In this document: positions 24,399 through 38,400 of the stretch, in pieces
Layout: every line of letters begins with the position of its first letter
Numbering within the stretch: position 1 is the first letter of the stretch
Assembly (NCBI GenBank): GCA_036172245.1
Contig: JAYWIR010000005.1
Coordinates: forward strand, 5,580,001 to 5,644,000
Direction: 5' to 3'
DNA length: 64,000 nucleotides
Source of the DNA: Raillietiella orientalis
Lineage: Eukaryota
Notes under the pieces: generated by a model
Seen by the model: only the letters and a program-made list of their open reading frames with translations
Database searches by the model: none
What the model was told of the DNA's origin: nothing
Position numbers and translations under genes: made by a program

Positions 24399-26176
24399 CT
24401 GGTCGCGGGAGGCAGTGGGACGGGCACGCCCCCTTCCGGAGCGGCGGGTGTTCCGTTCCGAAGCAGCGGCCCAGACAGTCAGGCCTCTGCCTGCCTCCTG
24501 GTTACCCGCCCTTCCTCTTCCCTTCACCTTTCGAAAGGTACAAAAAAAGGAAAAAGTAGGAACTCTCTTTCTCAAAGCTTCGGCGGGAACTCGAAGTCGA
24601 AAGTGCGGACGCCATTTCTTTAGAAAGCGCGTGACGAATTTCACAAATACGAAATCATGTAGAAAATGATGGATTGTAGTTTCTCATGGACCAGACGACC
24701 GAGTTACGCCGCTTCCGTACTCATTCAGAAGGAATTTGACCGCCCCGGGTCAAACAAACCGTAAACGCTGCTGCCAGCGTCCATTGTGGAAAAAGAAACT
24801 TCCCAGAGTCTACTACGGGATTCCGACGAAATTCAAAAGCAAGAGGAGTAGGTGGATGGAACCCGTCCCCAGCATCTGCAGCACGATGCTCATGTCCCGA
24901 GATGACAAATTCGGCTAATTTGTGGCAGGGTGGCTTTATTTGGGACCCAGAGCGCTCTCGACGCCCCGCCGCAGCTCAAAGCAGGTGGCCGCGTCTTGTG
25001 GTGCGCGCATCCCGGATGGTCGTCCGCGTGTTCGAACACCTCTCTTGCAGGGAGGGACACGGCGCGCGCGCGTTCGTGTTGCGGGTCTTTCCCGGTCCCG
25101 ACGATGCTACGACCATGCGTCGAGGCGCTCCGCTCCCTCGGCAACGCCGCGGATTTTCTTCGCAACCAAAGGAGGGAAGGGGTGGTCGCCGCGGAGACGG
25201 CAGGCGCTTCTTTCTTTCCTGCGGCAGGAAACGAAGGGGGAGGGGGGGGGGGAGGGAACGGGAATCGCTTCGGGACTCTTCGTTCCGCTGCCTGCAAGGG
25301 CGGGTGGAATTCAAAAGCCCAACAACGCAACGGTCGCGACCGTGGCTCGAGGTTACGCAGAGCGGGGACAGCGCGCATCCCAAGCAACGGGCACCATTCT
25401 CACTCACTGGAGGCTGCAAGAGCATGAAAACAAAAAATAAAAATCTCCCCTTAGCGGGCTTTCGCAGGCGGGAGGCAACACGGAAACAACATCGCCCTGG
25501 AGACGAGAGCCGGAGGTGCAGGCGCACACGGACCGCGCGCCTACACGCCTCGCCAGGCGTGCGAACACGGCGAGAACGCCGAGTCTCAGGAAACTTTGCA
25601 TCCACCGTCGGGGAAGATGATGACGGTGAGGTCCAACCTGCCCTGGACGTTCGAAACCCACCGCTCGCATTTCCCCGGGAGTGCATTTAATTCGGAGCTG
25701 TGCCATTACGCTTCACAGGACAGAATAAAAGACTTTGCATCAGAATCACTGGAGCAGAAACGTTCCAGCTAATGATTCCGAGAGAGAGAGAGAGAGGGAG
25801 AAAGAGGGAAAAGAACTCCTTGAACGTGCGATCGCGTAACTATGATGAAGGACCCAGGCTCTTGAGCGTTCTCGCAAAAGGTCGTTTTTCCATCTATTAA
25901 TAGACTCTCCGTGATCTCTAGGATACGCGCTCTTGTTTGCCGGAAGCACGCAACGGCCAGAAACCGGGAAGGGTCCCCTGGTTTTCGAAATCGGGAGCGG
26001 GCGAAGCGCGGAGGTGAATGGCGAGGAATGGGAACGCTGTCTTTCCCGCCCTTCTGAGCGGCCCCAGGGAACGGACGGGTAGGCGCTGCTGCTACCCACG
26101 TGACAGATTCAGCCGGAGCTTGGCGCGAGCTCCTCCTCACGCCTGGGTTTCCGCGTCTGCCTCCGACGGGTGCGCG

Positions 26177-26198
26177 AAAAAAAAAAAAAAAAAAAAAA
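26177..26198 (+). repeat. Poly(A) tract of about 22 nt
   Basis: Read directly from the sequence. Confidence 0.9.
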
Positions 26199-29100
26199 GA
26201 AAAGGTGCCATCATCGTCTGGCACCGCTGTGACTACGAGGACGAAGTGGCAAGAAGCCACCAAGCGATTCCTCGAGTTGCAATCGAAGACCTCCCTATTT
26301 TATTCCTACTTGAATTCATTCTGAGCATTCGGCATTAAAAGAATAGGGGAAACACTCTAAAGGGGGGAGGGGGGGGGGGCTCGTATAACTGGTTTGAAGA
26401 AAAAGACGAAGTTTACAGCAAACTGAACGCAGATGCGCGGCTCCGCAAGGCGTGCAATAACGAAGGAAATTGCTGCTGCTGCTGCTGTTGTCTCAAGAGT
26501 CGTCTGGAATTCATCACACACGACGTGCTCTCCCTGCAACTCCTTCGCCGTGCCATCTACGGAATGCTCGTCAATCAGCGCAGAGAGTGCTCTCCAGATA
26601 TCCACGGAACTGGAAAGATGGAAGGATCCCACGTGTTGCCACCCATCTCTGAAGGATCGCACGTAGTCATGTGAACGCGAGCATGGAAACCGAAGAAATG
26701 GGCTTCCCGGACGTCGCTCCGTCTTACGTGGGATGCGACCGCCCCCGTGAAGAATCGAGGAACCTGTCGTAGAAACCGGGATCACTCGAGCATTTCCGTT
26801 AGAACGGAATCAGGAGGGAAAAAAAAAAGAAATCCCCGAAACCACCCTGTGCGAGACTGGCCACCTGGATGTGCGCGAGCTTGCTCCCGGTTTGCCTGCT
26901 CTCATCCTGCCGCATCTCGTTCTGCGATTTTCCTTCGGCTTCACCCCTACGCTGCCTGCCTAAACGCGGGCGAACGCCTAGCGATCCCCTTCCCCCCTTC
27001 CCCCCCTCTCAGAGCGTTTGCGAAGGCACAACACGTCCTAGGTGAACACCACCTCGCTGGTTCTCTGCAGGAGCATTCCGGGTCGGTCCTTTCGACGACC
27101 GTTGCCTGCAGAAACAGGATGCGGGCGGACGCATCCCGCTTGTTCGTGATTTTGAGGGGGGAGGGGAGGGGATGTGACAACTGTTGGAACACTTTTTGCC
27201 TGCTGAGGGCGCACGATAAAGGCCGCAACGTTGTTGCGAAGCACTGCTCGCGAAGTGCCCGGTGTTCCCACCGTGGGGAGGGGAGAGTTCCCTTAAACAA
27301 CGGCACTCACGAAGCGAAAGATGCGGAAGAGTCAACTCGAACTCACCTCCACTTGACGTGAACCTGGTCAGCAGCAACGGGAAGCACAGGATGCACAACA
27401 CATGCATAGCGTACGCTGCTTTAGGAATCAAACGGCTTTGAGGTTTCCAGCTGGCACTTGCTCGGAATTATCACAGTAAATGTTGGGATGAAAAAGGAAA
27501 TCGGGAATACGTATCGAAACGAGCAATTTACTTGGAACTGGAACTCGCGAAACATCCCATGACATATGAGCGGTCACGTAATGTCAGCTTGCTTTGGAAC
27601 TTTTCGTGTATTCCTTGTCGTCATTATACGACAGGTGTGTCGGCCAAGTTAATGCGCTGACCACTCGAGCAGAATGCCATACCATCACTACAGGACGAAG
27701 ACCTCGCACTCTGAAAGCAAAGCGAGAAGCGCTCGCCGCACCGCCCCCAGAAATCTTCGCAAGTCTCTCTAATTTTTTTTTTTTTTTCTTTCCAACTTCA
27801 GGCAGGGAGAATCGGAGAGAGCTCTCTTCACCAAAGGTGTTTCTCAAGGAGCGGAACGCCGGACTCTGTCCGTTCCACATTTCCCCCGCTAACTAGTCGC
27901 GCTGGGTGAAAGTTGTTTGCGGTGGGGGCTCCTGGCGCAGTCGGGTAGAGAGGCTCGCGTGTGCAAGACGAGGTTCGGGGAAAACACCTCCAGCGCTGAA
28001 GATGCGGAAATGTGATGGATCAGTATGAACTACCGTTGGCAATGAAAAACCGGAGCGGCATCACGTCGCGCAATCATCACATGATGCGAAATCACGAAAA
28101 GGAGCCGGGAGAGATCATTTCTGCATGACAACACAATTAACTTTCTCCCGAGCACAAGATAAGAACGTTGCAATAATCTCATAAGTCTCCGCTTGCGGGA
28201 GGAAAGCCGAGGAGAAGACCTTCCCCGGCCGTGTCTCTTGCGTTCAGCATTGGCAGCCTGAGTTCTGTGCTTTGCATCCATGGGATCTCAAGACTAGATG
28301 AAGGTGCCACTGCTTTTTTTTTTTTCTGAAAAAAAAGAAAAAAAGGAAGGGAGAGGAAAGGACACCCTCCAGCATGCTGAAGAAGCGGAGTGTAAGGCCA
28401 TCTGATTTCCTTTCTGGTAACTTTTGCCCTACCCTGTCGGAAGACTCAACCCTTAAAGCAGCTGCTTTTTTATCACCTGGAGAAGGAAGCTGGAAGTTCC
28501 GTCTCCCTCCGACAGACTTTCAGACGGACTCGAATGCCGCCGCGCCTGATTTTCGCCTTGATCCGGATGCAGGGCGCTGAGCGGGATTCACTGCCTTCAG
28601 GAAGAAAACAAAAAATCGTTTTTCCGAGTGATGCACAGCGTTTCCCTGTTGACAGATGACGGAGAACCAGCCAGGTCCCTGCTTGCTTGGAAAAGCAATA
28701 GACGCCCCCCACCGTGCACTCGTAAAAAGGCCGGGAATCAGCGCGGCGGTGTGAAAGCGTGCACGGGACGAGGTACGAGGAAGCTTGCTGTGGACAGCAA
28801 GGAGAGAGGCTCTTTAGTTGTTGACCGACGACGCACTTGGGAGTAGCAGGAGGCTCAGGGAGCTCGCGGGAACCTGGAACGGAACGGCGTGTTCCGCAAG
28901 TTTGCTTTCTGGGTTGCTTGCAAACCAAGAGGAACGCCAGGAATTCGATGTTCTTCTGGAATTTCTTGTTGCCTGGATCCACTGATGGTACCAACTAGAG
29001 CTGTTCCGTTTCACGATTCGATGAAGATTCATTATGACGAGTCAGGATGGGAGGAGGGGGAGGGAGGAATGACGTTGATACGTGAAATCTTCGATTAATC

Positions 29101-30296
29101 TGCTTTGCATCGCTGCTGGATCCTGGCTTCATAAAGGAAATTCCAGAGGTTTAAATGGGAGTAAAAATGAAGAGGCGGAGATCAGCGGAGAACCGTTGCC
29201 GAATTTTTTTCTAAGGAGAGAAGACACGATACACGTACACGTCCAAGCGAGAAAAATGCAAAATAGAATTTCTGGAGCAAAGCTGCTTTAGTTTGGATGA
29301 TGATGGAACTGGGTGCTGTACACCCCTTGAAAGTACACTTGGAGATTGGGTTCATATCGTCCCTGAACTCATGCCACGGACGAAAGGGATCGGCACCTTG
29401 TCCCACAGGACTTCCAAGGAGCAGATGCGGTCTTGGAGTCAAAAAGGATGGTGCTGCAGATGTTTGTCAAGAAAACTCGATCTGTAGATAACGGCAGCCC
29501 CAAATCCATTCTCAAAACGAGAACAAGAACAAGGTCGAAACAAACTATGCCTGCAGCAACTAGATTTCATTTGAATATCACACAGATTTCATCTAAATTC
29601 CATAGGCGGTTTATGTATCTGCATATCGCCTCCTTCTGCACTCCCCGGAGCGAATGAGGTGCTGCCAAAGCCTGTGCTTCAGTCTAAAATTTTCTTTCTC
29701 TGTAGGTGGCTCACTCAGAAGTTCCACTTCTCACAAATTTGTCCTTCCCGTTTTTACTTGGAATCACTGCTGATGTCCAGCGCATTAACCATGGTTAAGG
29801 TGCTATGAGGACTTCCACGGGCCCACTGTAGAACGCTCCTCTTGGGACCACGAAGACGGTTTCCGGTCTCGTGCGCATTCACGCGTCTCCACGGGGGAAC
29901 GCTAAGCTTTCCGGAACTGCCATTTTGTTCCTTGGGTTCCATCTAGTGGTCGCCGTACCTGAGAAAGCTGCAGACAAGGCCCACGATACAAAGTTCTTTA
30001 ACTTGACTGCAGTTGAAGATGGCCACTTGACGTAAATGCAGCAGTCCCAATTTGCTCACCAAAAAGGAGAGGTTTGACAATACTCCAATCTTCCACTGAA
30101 CGTTCTGCTACGATGCTCGCTGTTTCTCAATCAGCATCCCATTACGCGTTTTTCGAAATTTTCTCAAAAGAGAACGGCATGGTTTTTCTCATCGGTAAAG
30201 CGAATCTGTCTTCTGTTGCCTCCATCACAGGTTTCCCATGAGTCCTGTGGTCGCTCAGGGACCTGGCATTCAGAGGTTCGACCAGTCCTTTTCCAG

Positions 30297-30334
30297 ATGC
30301 AAAGAACTGGTTGAACTGGTCCAGTTCTTTGCAT
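30297..30334. repeat. Perfect 14-bp inverted repeat (hairpin)
   Basis: ATGCAAAGAACTGG-ttgaactggt-CCAGTTCTTTGCAT. Confidence 0.9.
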
Positions 30335-31425
30335 GCTGGCCAGATGATGGGCAGAAGAAAGCGTTTGACATCGCTACTAAGGTTATGGTATAGTCAAAAG
30401 TCCAGAGGTCAGCAAGATCGAAGTCTCCAAAATAAGTGGTGGACTGTGCCCAACAAATCAGCGATCCTTTACAAGTGAACAGCAGATTGCGACTTAAAGT
30501 ACCAAAGATTCAACGCGGAGTGCCTTCACATTCCTTAGAACAGCAAAAGGAAATGCGATTGCAGGTCTGTGATTGCTTGTGAGAGCTTTCAGATCCAGGC
30601 AACATTTACTTTCCTCCGACAGACTCAGACAGATGATTCTGAAAAAGATATTTTTTCAATGAAAACCAGCGCGCCACCGGAGGAAGGCAGCTGAAATGCT
30701 TCAGCGGAACTTCCATGGGACTTTCCCACGTAAGCTCGTCTACAGTCGGAAGCATGAGGAGCTTTCGGGATCAGAAACACGGAGGATGCTTTCACAACTG
30801 CGGAGCTGGAAACGGCCACTCGGCCTACAACTGCAGTCCGGCGGTTAGCGGCCGGGCTGCAGTCGCAGGCACCTATCCAATGTGGAGCATTCATATATGC
30901 ACGAATGAGCATCTCCCATGCCCCATAAAACATTTCTCTTTGTTCTTTCACATGCATTCTGCACCAGTGTCAGAAAACGCACCCGTCCTTCCCGTCGCTC
31001 ATGCAAGCCGGGACTCGGGGTTCCAGCCTGGAAGCGCGTGCACGACGCGGACTTTCCAAGAGCACCGGCAGGAAGGCGCGAGGAGGAACTGTCGGTTGCA
31101 ACAGCTGGCGATGGCGCGGCCGCTCTCCCCGCCGTTCCTGGAGCTGCGGCGCCGAGCCGACGGGCGCAGCAAGGACGAAGTTCTGGAACACTCGGGCACC
31201 GTCCGCGACATCTCCGCGGCCAGCTGGGGCTGCTCGCGAACGGCAGCGCGTCGGCGTCGCGCTCCTGGAAAAGTCGCGCCGGGACAGTTCGGCTTCCTGT
31301 CCCAGGAAGAAGGACAAGCTGGCAGCTGGCGGGCGATGCGTGTGCTGCTCTGCTGGCGCGCAGCAGAGCGCGAATGCGAGCAGAACGGGATGGGGCAAGT
31401 GGGTGAGGGAAATGAACGCTTGAAC

Positions 31426-32011
31426 CAGTAGCGGAGGGGTTAAACGGGTCAACCCTGGGGTTTCCGGGCACCCTCCCTAGCAAATATTTTAAATTTCAAT
31501 TATTTGTTATAATTGTTGAGTATCTCTTGACAAATTGCGTCCAATAGCAATCGAGCAGCAACTGTACCAACCAGAGCTCTCTTTAGGATAATCGGAGGAA
31601 GGGAGTTTATGGTTTTCATCCGGAGACCTCACGACTTTTTGTATGGGGGACTGACCACTGACCAGAACAACAAGGAGAAGACCCGTGCTACCCTAGCTGA
31701 AGCAGGATCATTCATCGTCTGTGGGAATGGTGCAGATGAAATGATCTCAGGCATGATGCGCTGTTGCTCATTTCCAGACTACACAACCGAGGATGCAGCT
31801 GAAGCCCATGACGGAGGATATAACTGAACCACACCACTGACGATGCTTCCAGCTGAGGAACGCGACGGAGAAAGCGCACGGTGGTGGACAGGATGAGGTG
31901 CACAGCGGGAGTACAGAACTGAGGTACAAGACAGAGGACAAGTAGCACATAAGTGAGGATTTCTTGTCTCTGAGGATGCTGGACCAAGAATGTGACAGCA
32001 TGGAAATCATT
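31426..32011 (+). mobile_element. Possible highly degraded hAT-like DNA transposon relic
   Basis: Starts CAGTAGCGGA (hAT-TIR-like), followed by an abrupt AT-rich patch and then a stop-containing peptide, VVD..CTAGVQ / RYKTEDK*HISEDFLSLRML, resembling the hAT DExxD...RY...IxEDFL region. No partner TIR or TSD found. Confidence 0.3.
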
Positions 32012-35000
32012 CACTCATGGAGAGAAAAAGCGGAAAGGGAAGGCATTTACTTGGACCCCGGTGGTTTCACACGACGCGGCGCTGGGGACGCCTGCCGACC
32101 GACTGGCACTCTCCGTAGGAGAGGAAACTTGATCTTTGCGCTGGACAAACTGCAAACACTGGCCCCGGTGCGAGGGCAAAGGGCAGCCGTGTGCTTCCTT
32201 CCGCCTGTTGCGGGACCAAACGACGAAAGGCCGTTTGGCTGTTTCCTGCGCCCCTCAGTCCCTTTTTCTTGGGCTGAATACAGCGTGGAGACCGATGAGA
32301 GAAGGCGAGAGGTGCGTCGCGAGTGGAGAGGAGCTAAGCCATAGGGATGCCATCATGGCTCCATCAGGATGTCTCCCGATCGCACGAAACTTGACACCAG
32401 TTCCCCCCCTTCCCATGCTTCTGAGAGGGCGACCTCCAGCTTAACAACTGGTGCGGGGAAAGACTTGATCAACCCTCAGCTCGTGGTGCGTTTTGGGGAT
32501 GTTCTCCACGACCAGCGGTGCTGGCTCCGTCGCTCGGGAAGGGCCAGTGCCGCAACAGCAGCATCGCGCGCTACCGCTGAGGGGGAGCGCGGAACTGTTC
32601 CCACTACATTCGAGGAAGAACTGGCGATCTTAAATTCAACCCGCTGGAGCGCCCCCTTTCAGGCAGTCTCCCAGACTACCTCGCCTGCTAGTTAATGCCC
32701 TTCAACTGAGCTTCTAAGGGTTTGGTCATTCCTGCGGTGGAATGAGGGAGGATTCCCTCGCCCTGTAGATTGGCAACTGTCGTTCCTTTCTCGTGGAGGG
32801 GACAGCACCGCAGCTATGGATCTGGAATACGGCCAGCGGACACTGGACCAGGGTCCCGACAGGCCACCTCTAGTGAGATTCGCCGCGCTATACGAGACTT
32901 CTGTTGGAGGAATAACTGAGGTCCCCAGAGTCAGCCGGGCTCCAGCTGATCAGAGGAGGAAGGCGATAGCCCTGGCATTCGAGTGGATGCGAATGAATAC
33001 GCCCAACTTTCCTGCCGAGCACTAGAATCTCCGCGCGCCTAGGGCATTCCTCCCCATTCTCCTTGGCCCCGCAGCTTCCGCGGAATGCCTCGTTCTTCAT
33101 CCACTTCCGATAGACAGACTGGGGGCTCCCTGGAGAGTGGATCTGCCGCCGTACTGATCGCTTATCTGGGAACGAAGACCGGAAGCACTCGGCTCGGTAG
33201 GCCTCCCGCTGCACTTGTCATGTCTGCCTCGGAACTTTCTGGACACGTGTCCTCCGTTCCGAGTCTCTCTCTGAGCGCTCTAATCAGTTCCTCTCCATGG
33301 ACAGGTTTCCAGCGCAGTTTTTGGATGAGACTGAACCACATGAAACTACGAGTACCCGGCTGCCCTCTCGCCAAGAAATACCTCTCCACCTCCTGTGGGC
33401 CATGAGAAACTTCGAAGACAGTCAAAGACTTTCCGCTGATTCAGACCAGGAAGGAGCGACCTTGAGTGTGCGTGTGTTTTGGCCGTGTCAGGGAGCAGCA
33501 GGTGTCAGGGGGCCTGAGCGTTCTTCTTGAAGGCTCCTCTTCCAAAGACCCGGAAATGTTTTAGCTGCGGAAAACATGAAAGGTGTTTCTTTTTTTCCTC
33601 CTTCTTCCCTTTGAGGATGCGGAAGGCTGCAGGTGAGTCCGAGAGACGCGGCTGAGACGCAAAGTCGCAACTCTTACCCTGCGACAAGAAGTAGCCCCCA
33701 ATGTCTTGCCTGCTCTCTTTCCTCTCCCTTTCCTCCTCCTCGACTTCCCGCTGAGTATGCACTGGACCAAAGAGACCGCCTGTCACGTACCGAGGAACAG
33801 GTTTCTCGTCTCCCCGCTAGGGGTGCCCCAGAAGCAACAGTAGCAGGGCACGCCCTCCGGGCATCAGGACCCCGGGGCTTTCGGCATTGGAGGGAGGGAT
33901 CCCTCCCACTCCCCGCAGGCAGTCGAATTCTCTCTTCGGAACGCAGAAGCGCAGAGGTGCCTTCTGGTCGCGTGTAGGGCGGGCGGGAGGCGTCGGACGC
34001 TGCAGGTGGCCAGGTGGCGGCAGACTTTCTCCTGCAGGCATTGCCGGACTCTGAGCTGCGAGCCGCTGATCTTCGAGCCTCCGAACGCACGCGCGCAGAC
34101 GGTTCTCCAAGGAATTCTTCTTTAAACGGTCCCCTCCCCCTCTCTGCGGCGTGTTCTCTCTCCGCCCGAGGTGACGTCAGTTAGCCATGTCGCCGCCATC
34201 GCTCACGTTCCGCGGGGAGAATTGAAGAGGTCATCCTTCTGCATCGGATGCGCGCGCGTGTGCTGCGGCGGCTCTCCAGAGTCAGCCCCAGCACGAAGGA
34301 ATAAAATCTGCCTCCCCCCACCCGCCTTGCCACCTCCCAAAAAGAACCCACGCACTTGCACTCTCTTGCCGGAAGAGATCTCCGAGATTCCTTGGGCAAC
34401 GCCGCCCCAAGTGAAGTCGTGACAGATTACGGGAGAGAGGCGGAGGATGCACTCGGCAACGATCGATTCCAGTTATACACTCGCGGCGGGGTCATCGTCA
34501 TTGTGGATACGAGCGATAGTCGATGAGGGGAAGGAGAGGGGAGGGGAGTGCTGTAGAACCTTGACCCGTTTCGTGCGCCAAGTCCCTGTGGGAACGCTCC
34601 CTCCCTCTCTCTTGCGCAGGAGCAAATCTTTCTCCCTCCTCTTCCTCCTTCCCCTTCTCACATGCACGCACTCACACTTCCCTGTTCCATCCTTCCCCTC
34701 TCCACCCTTCCCTCCCTTTCGCTCCTCTTTCGTCCATCCTTTTCCACTTCCCTTCTGCTCTCTCTCCAGCCTCCGCTCCCGTTACGTCGTCGCCTCTATT
34801 GGTCTTGCAGCACCGGAGGCAGATCTTCGAAAAAAAAAATCAATGGACCGAGGGGTATCCGGGCGTCGCGAGGCGAGCATCTCGCGCGGGGGAGGAGCAG
34901 ACGGACGCTGCCGCCTGCGGTCGCCGGAAACCTTGGCAACCTCCGCCCGCTTAGCAAAGCGACCCCGCCTCCCGTCCTCGCCCGTCTTCCGGGGCAGATG

Positions 35001-35402
35001 ACGGCGGGGCCGCTCGGGGGCAGGGAGACATCCGCCATCCCTCGCCCTGCCGGTAGCCTCCGCGCGCGCTCTCGGATTCTCCCCCTTCCCTCCCCTGCAG
35101 GCAGTACGAGGAAGGGAGAGAGAGGGGACGGCACCGCGTCGAGGGAACAAGGAGGGTGGGCAGGGAAGGAATCGGGTACGCTGGACGCCTCCGTTGGGAG
35201 ACCGGCCAGAGGGGGCCGTCCGCGCGCTCCTTCCCCATCCCCCCCTCTTCCTTTTGGATGTCTCGCGCCTTTCGAGAGCTTCGCCCACCCATTGTCTCCG
35301 GAAGAGCAACGACGTGGGACCGGGAAACGGGAGGCTTTCGCGCGAAGAACCGTTGCCGAAGGCAACGAGTTGCATCGTTCCAAAGGAACCCGGTCTGCCC
35401 TC

Positions 35403-35422
35403 GAGAGAGAGAGAGAGAGAGA
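35403..35422 (+). repeat. (GA)10 microsatellite
   Basis: Read directly; a shorter (GA)n run lies at about 25780-25795. Confidence 0.9.
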
Positions 35423-38400
35423 AATCAAAAAAGAACGCCGGCCCATCGGCATCCCCCGTCTCCCCCCCCACCAGCTGTCACCAGGACTTCTCCGTTCCGG
35501 AAACGCGAGGGCTCGATGGTAGCGAGGCGGCTGAAGCGCACGCTCAGGAGAGCCTCAACGGGCATGAAAGGGGCAGCGAAAGACATCTTGGGAAATCATA
35601 TGGCCTTGCCAATGCCGCCATCCCCGGGGTGAAGGGAAAGCAGGAGATGCCCGGTGATCCCCGCTGCTGAAGGCTTTCCCACCGGTGGGGCTGCCAAAGA
35701 GACTCGGTCACCTTGAATTCCTGCGGATCACCTGAAGCAGCTCTTCACCCTCTTCTCAGGGTCACGCAGCCGCCGCCGCTTCTGCTGCTGCTAATTTAAA
35801 GTCCCCGAATCGCCCCAGCTCCGGGGAGCCGGCTCAGCCGGAGAGAAGGGAGGCGTGGGAGGTGAGTGGCGGCGGTCCGCACTATTGGCCGCGCCACCAG
35901 GAGGGAAGGACGGCGCTGCTCCATAGCTGCAGCGAAGAAACGGTAAACCCCCAGCGCGAGAGAAGGAGGAGAAGACGGTGGACTGCTGGTCACATGGACG
36001 ACGCCGGATCTCTCAGGGGGAAGGGAGGCCGGCCCGCGGATTGGAAAGGATTTCCGCCTCCCGCGGCCTTCTGAGGGCACGGAGTGTGGAGTGCTTAGCA
36101 ACGAAACCAGAGCCGGAATCCACGGTCGAAGCTAGCGCTTCCCTTGACCACTCTCCCCGCCCGCGGCTTCCTTCAGCCACTCGTCCGCGGAAGCTCACTG
36201 GAGGATCCTTCTCGTTCAGGGGGACACTTTCGGGAGGCGGAGGAGGGTCAGGGCAGCGGATCTCCTAGAGCCGCAGCTTCCAGTCACTCTGTATCCCACC
36301 CAGAGACCGCGCTCCACCGGATCCTCCCTCTTCCGAGAGCGTGATTCCCGAAGGGCAGCTTCTCCTTTGGCATTCGGAGGCCCGCTCCACCCGCAACGAC
36401 CTCGCTCGCATCCCCATGGAAAAGAGAGTCCGGCTTGGAAGGTGGACGAATGCGCCGGAGATCTCACCAAAGATCTCGTCACCGTGTGTCTCTTTCGTTG
36501 ACCTTTGGTCCTTCAAACACTTCGGTGGCGACGTTTGAGCGGATCGGTGGGAATACAGAGATGCCTCTGCCCATGCAGTGGTGGGGTAGGGGAAGAAGAA
36601 GCGCAAGGAGCCCTCAGAGGAGGTTAAAAGGCAGATGGACCGTTCCTCAAGGAAGGCCAACTCCCTCCTGCTCATCCCGGGCGCCGTCCACCTTCCGGGA
36701 AGGGGAGGCGGAGACAGCGGTGGCTGCGGCCGCCGCCGGGTAGCGTGAGCTGAGGAGGAGTTCCTGGGACGGGACCGGAACGGGGAGAGGCGAGCGCGGC
36801 GGCGACAGGGAAGCTGCAGCGCCTCCTTCTCCTCCCGGCTGCTTTGCCGGACCGGACCCCGGGCGCGGCGGGAGTCAGGAAAGACCCTCCTGAGAAGGGC
36901 GGGTCCGAGGTGTCGGGGGAGGGAAGCGGCGCGAACTCCCATCTCGAGGCGGGGAGCCGACGGAGGAATCTCGGCAGCGACCCTTCTCCCCCGAAGCATC
37001 CAAACCGAGGGGACTGCCCCTGGGCCCTCTCCGCCGTTGCGGAACGGAGGCGCGGCTGGCGGCGCTTGCGGCCCCTCTCGCCGGGAGGAGCCGTGAGCTC
37101 GCCTCCGCTCGTTCGTGCGCGCACGCCACGCCGGACGGGCGATTCGAGAGAGTCGGGCTGCGGCGGCAAGATCCGCTGTACCGGAACACGAGCGAGGGAA
37201 AGCTGGGATGTCCCGCCTTCGATCCTTGTTCGTTGATCCGGAAAGGGGGAACCCCAGACGCGACCCCTCTGGCGCTACTCGGTTTCTCCTGCAGCTAGTG
37301 GCATCGCCGGGGACGGCCGCAGTCCTTTCACAGTGGCCGACTCCACACGGGGCTTCGCATGGACGCAGGGAGAAGGAAATGGCGAGGCTTGCAAAGGCAA
37401 GGGATGCGAGCACGAGACCGACGCCTCGGCTGCCCCGAAGATAAGGACGTGCAGTAAGGGGGGGAGATTCCAGGTGAGGACCCTGAGGAACACCTCCTTC
37501 TGGGGTCTGGAGATGGACGGTGGCAGGACTGTGGGCGAAACCCGGAGAGGGAGGGACTCTCCCACGCCAACCGGCCCATCCAGAGGGTGCTTTCTCGGCC
37601 ACCCGGTCCTGGGGTGCTAAGGCGCACCTTCGAAGATGCACCCCTTCCTGCCAGCGTGAGCTTCCACCCCACACTTACCCCTCATTCTTCGTCCAGCGTG
37701 GTTCAGTAGTACTCGCGGGAAGGCAGGGTCTCACTGGTCCCTGGAGGTTCTCCCGTTTGGGCCGTGGAGGAGGCGCGACGCCGCGGAAGAGGGGGGGGGT
37801 CCTTCGAACCAGGGAAGAATTCCCGGAAACGCCTGTGAAGTCCGCCGAAAGAGAAGAAGCGGCGGAGAGAACGGCCCTCCCCCTCGCCCTGTCTGTGCCT
37901 GGACGACATCTGAGTGGCGGGTCGCCTGGGTATTTGGCACCGACGACAACCGGGGAGGAAGTCTCCAGGGAAGAAGGGAGGGTGCGCGGCGGGATCGTGA
38001 GGACCCCAGCAAGAGCTGGTGCTCTCCCCCCTCAGCAAAAAGGAGGAAAAGGGAATGCGCTCTGCCGCGGTGACTCAGAGCCCATTCCCTTTTCCTTCTA
38101 AACAAGGGAGACTTCGCCCCAACAAACCCCTCAGAGGGATTCCGTAGGTGCTTCCGCTCCTCCTCCTCCTGCCTCCCCTCCCCCTTTGGGCGCTCCTCAG
38201 AGGGGGAGAGACGGCGCGCGCTGAAGGCGTACTTCCAAGTGGCAACCGCGGCCATGGCCGCAGCCACAAGCTCAGCAGCAACCTCGAGGGTGGATGGCGT
38301 AAAGGAGGAACGGTGTCAGAGAAAGGAGGAAGGGGAGGGGATCGCTGGATGCGGGAATTTCTCCTCCCTCCGCTTCCCTGTCCGTTTCTTCCTCCTTCTC

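Noticed and set aside
34172..34179. CRE palindrome TGACGTCA (also 43093-43100)
   Set aside because: Isolated 8-mers are expected by chance in 64 kb.
37350..37430. Signal-peptide-like GLVLASLAFASLAISFSLRPCEA
   Set aside because: No nearby in-frame ATG and no convincing phase-1 donor.
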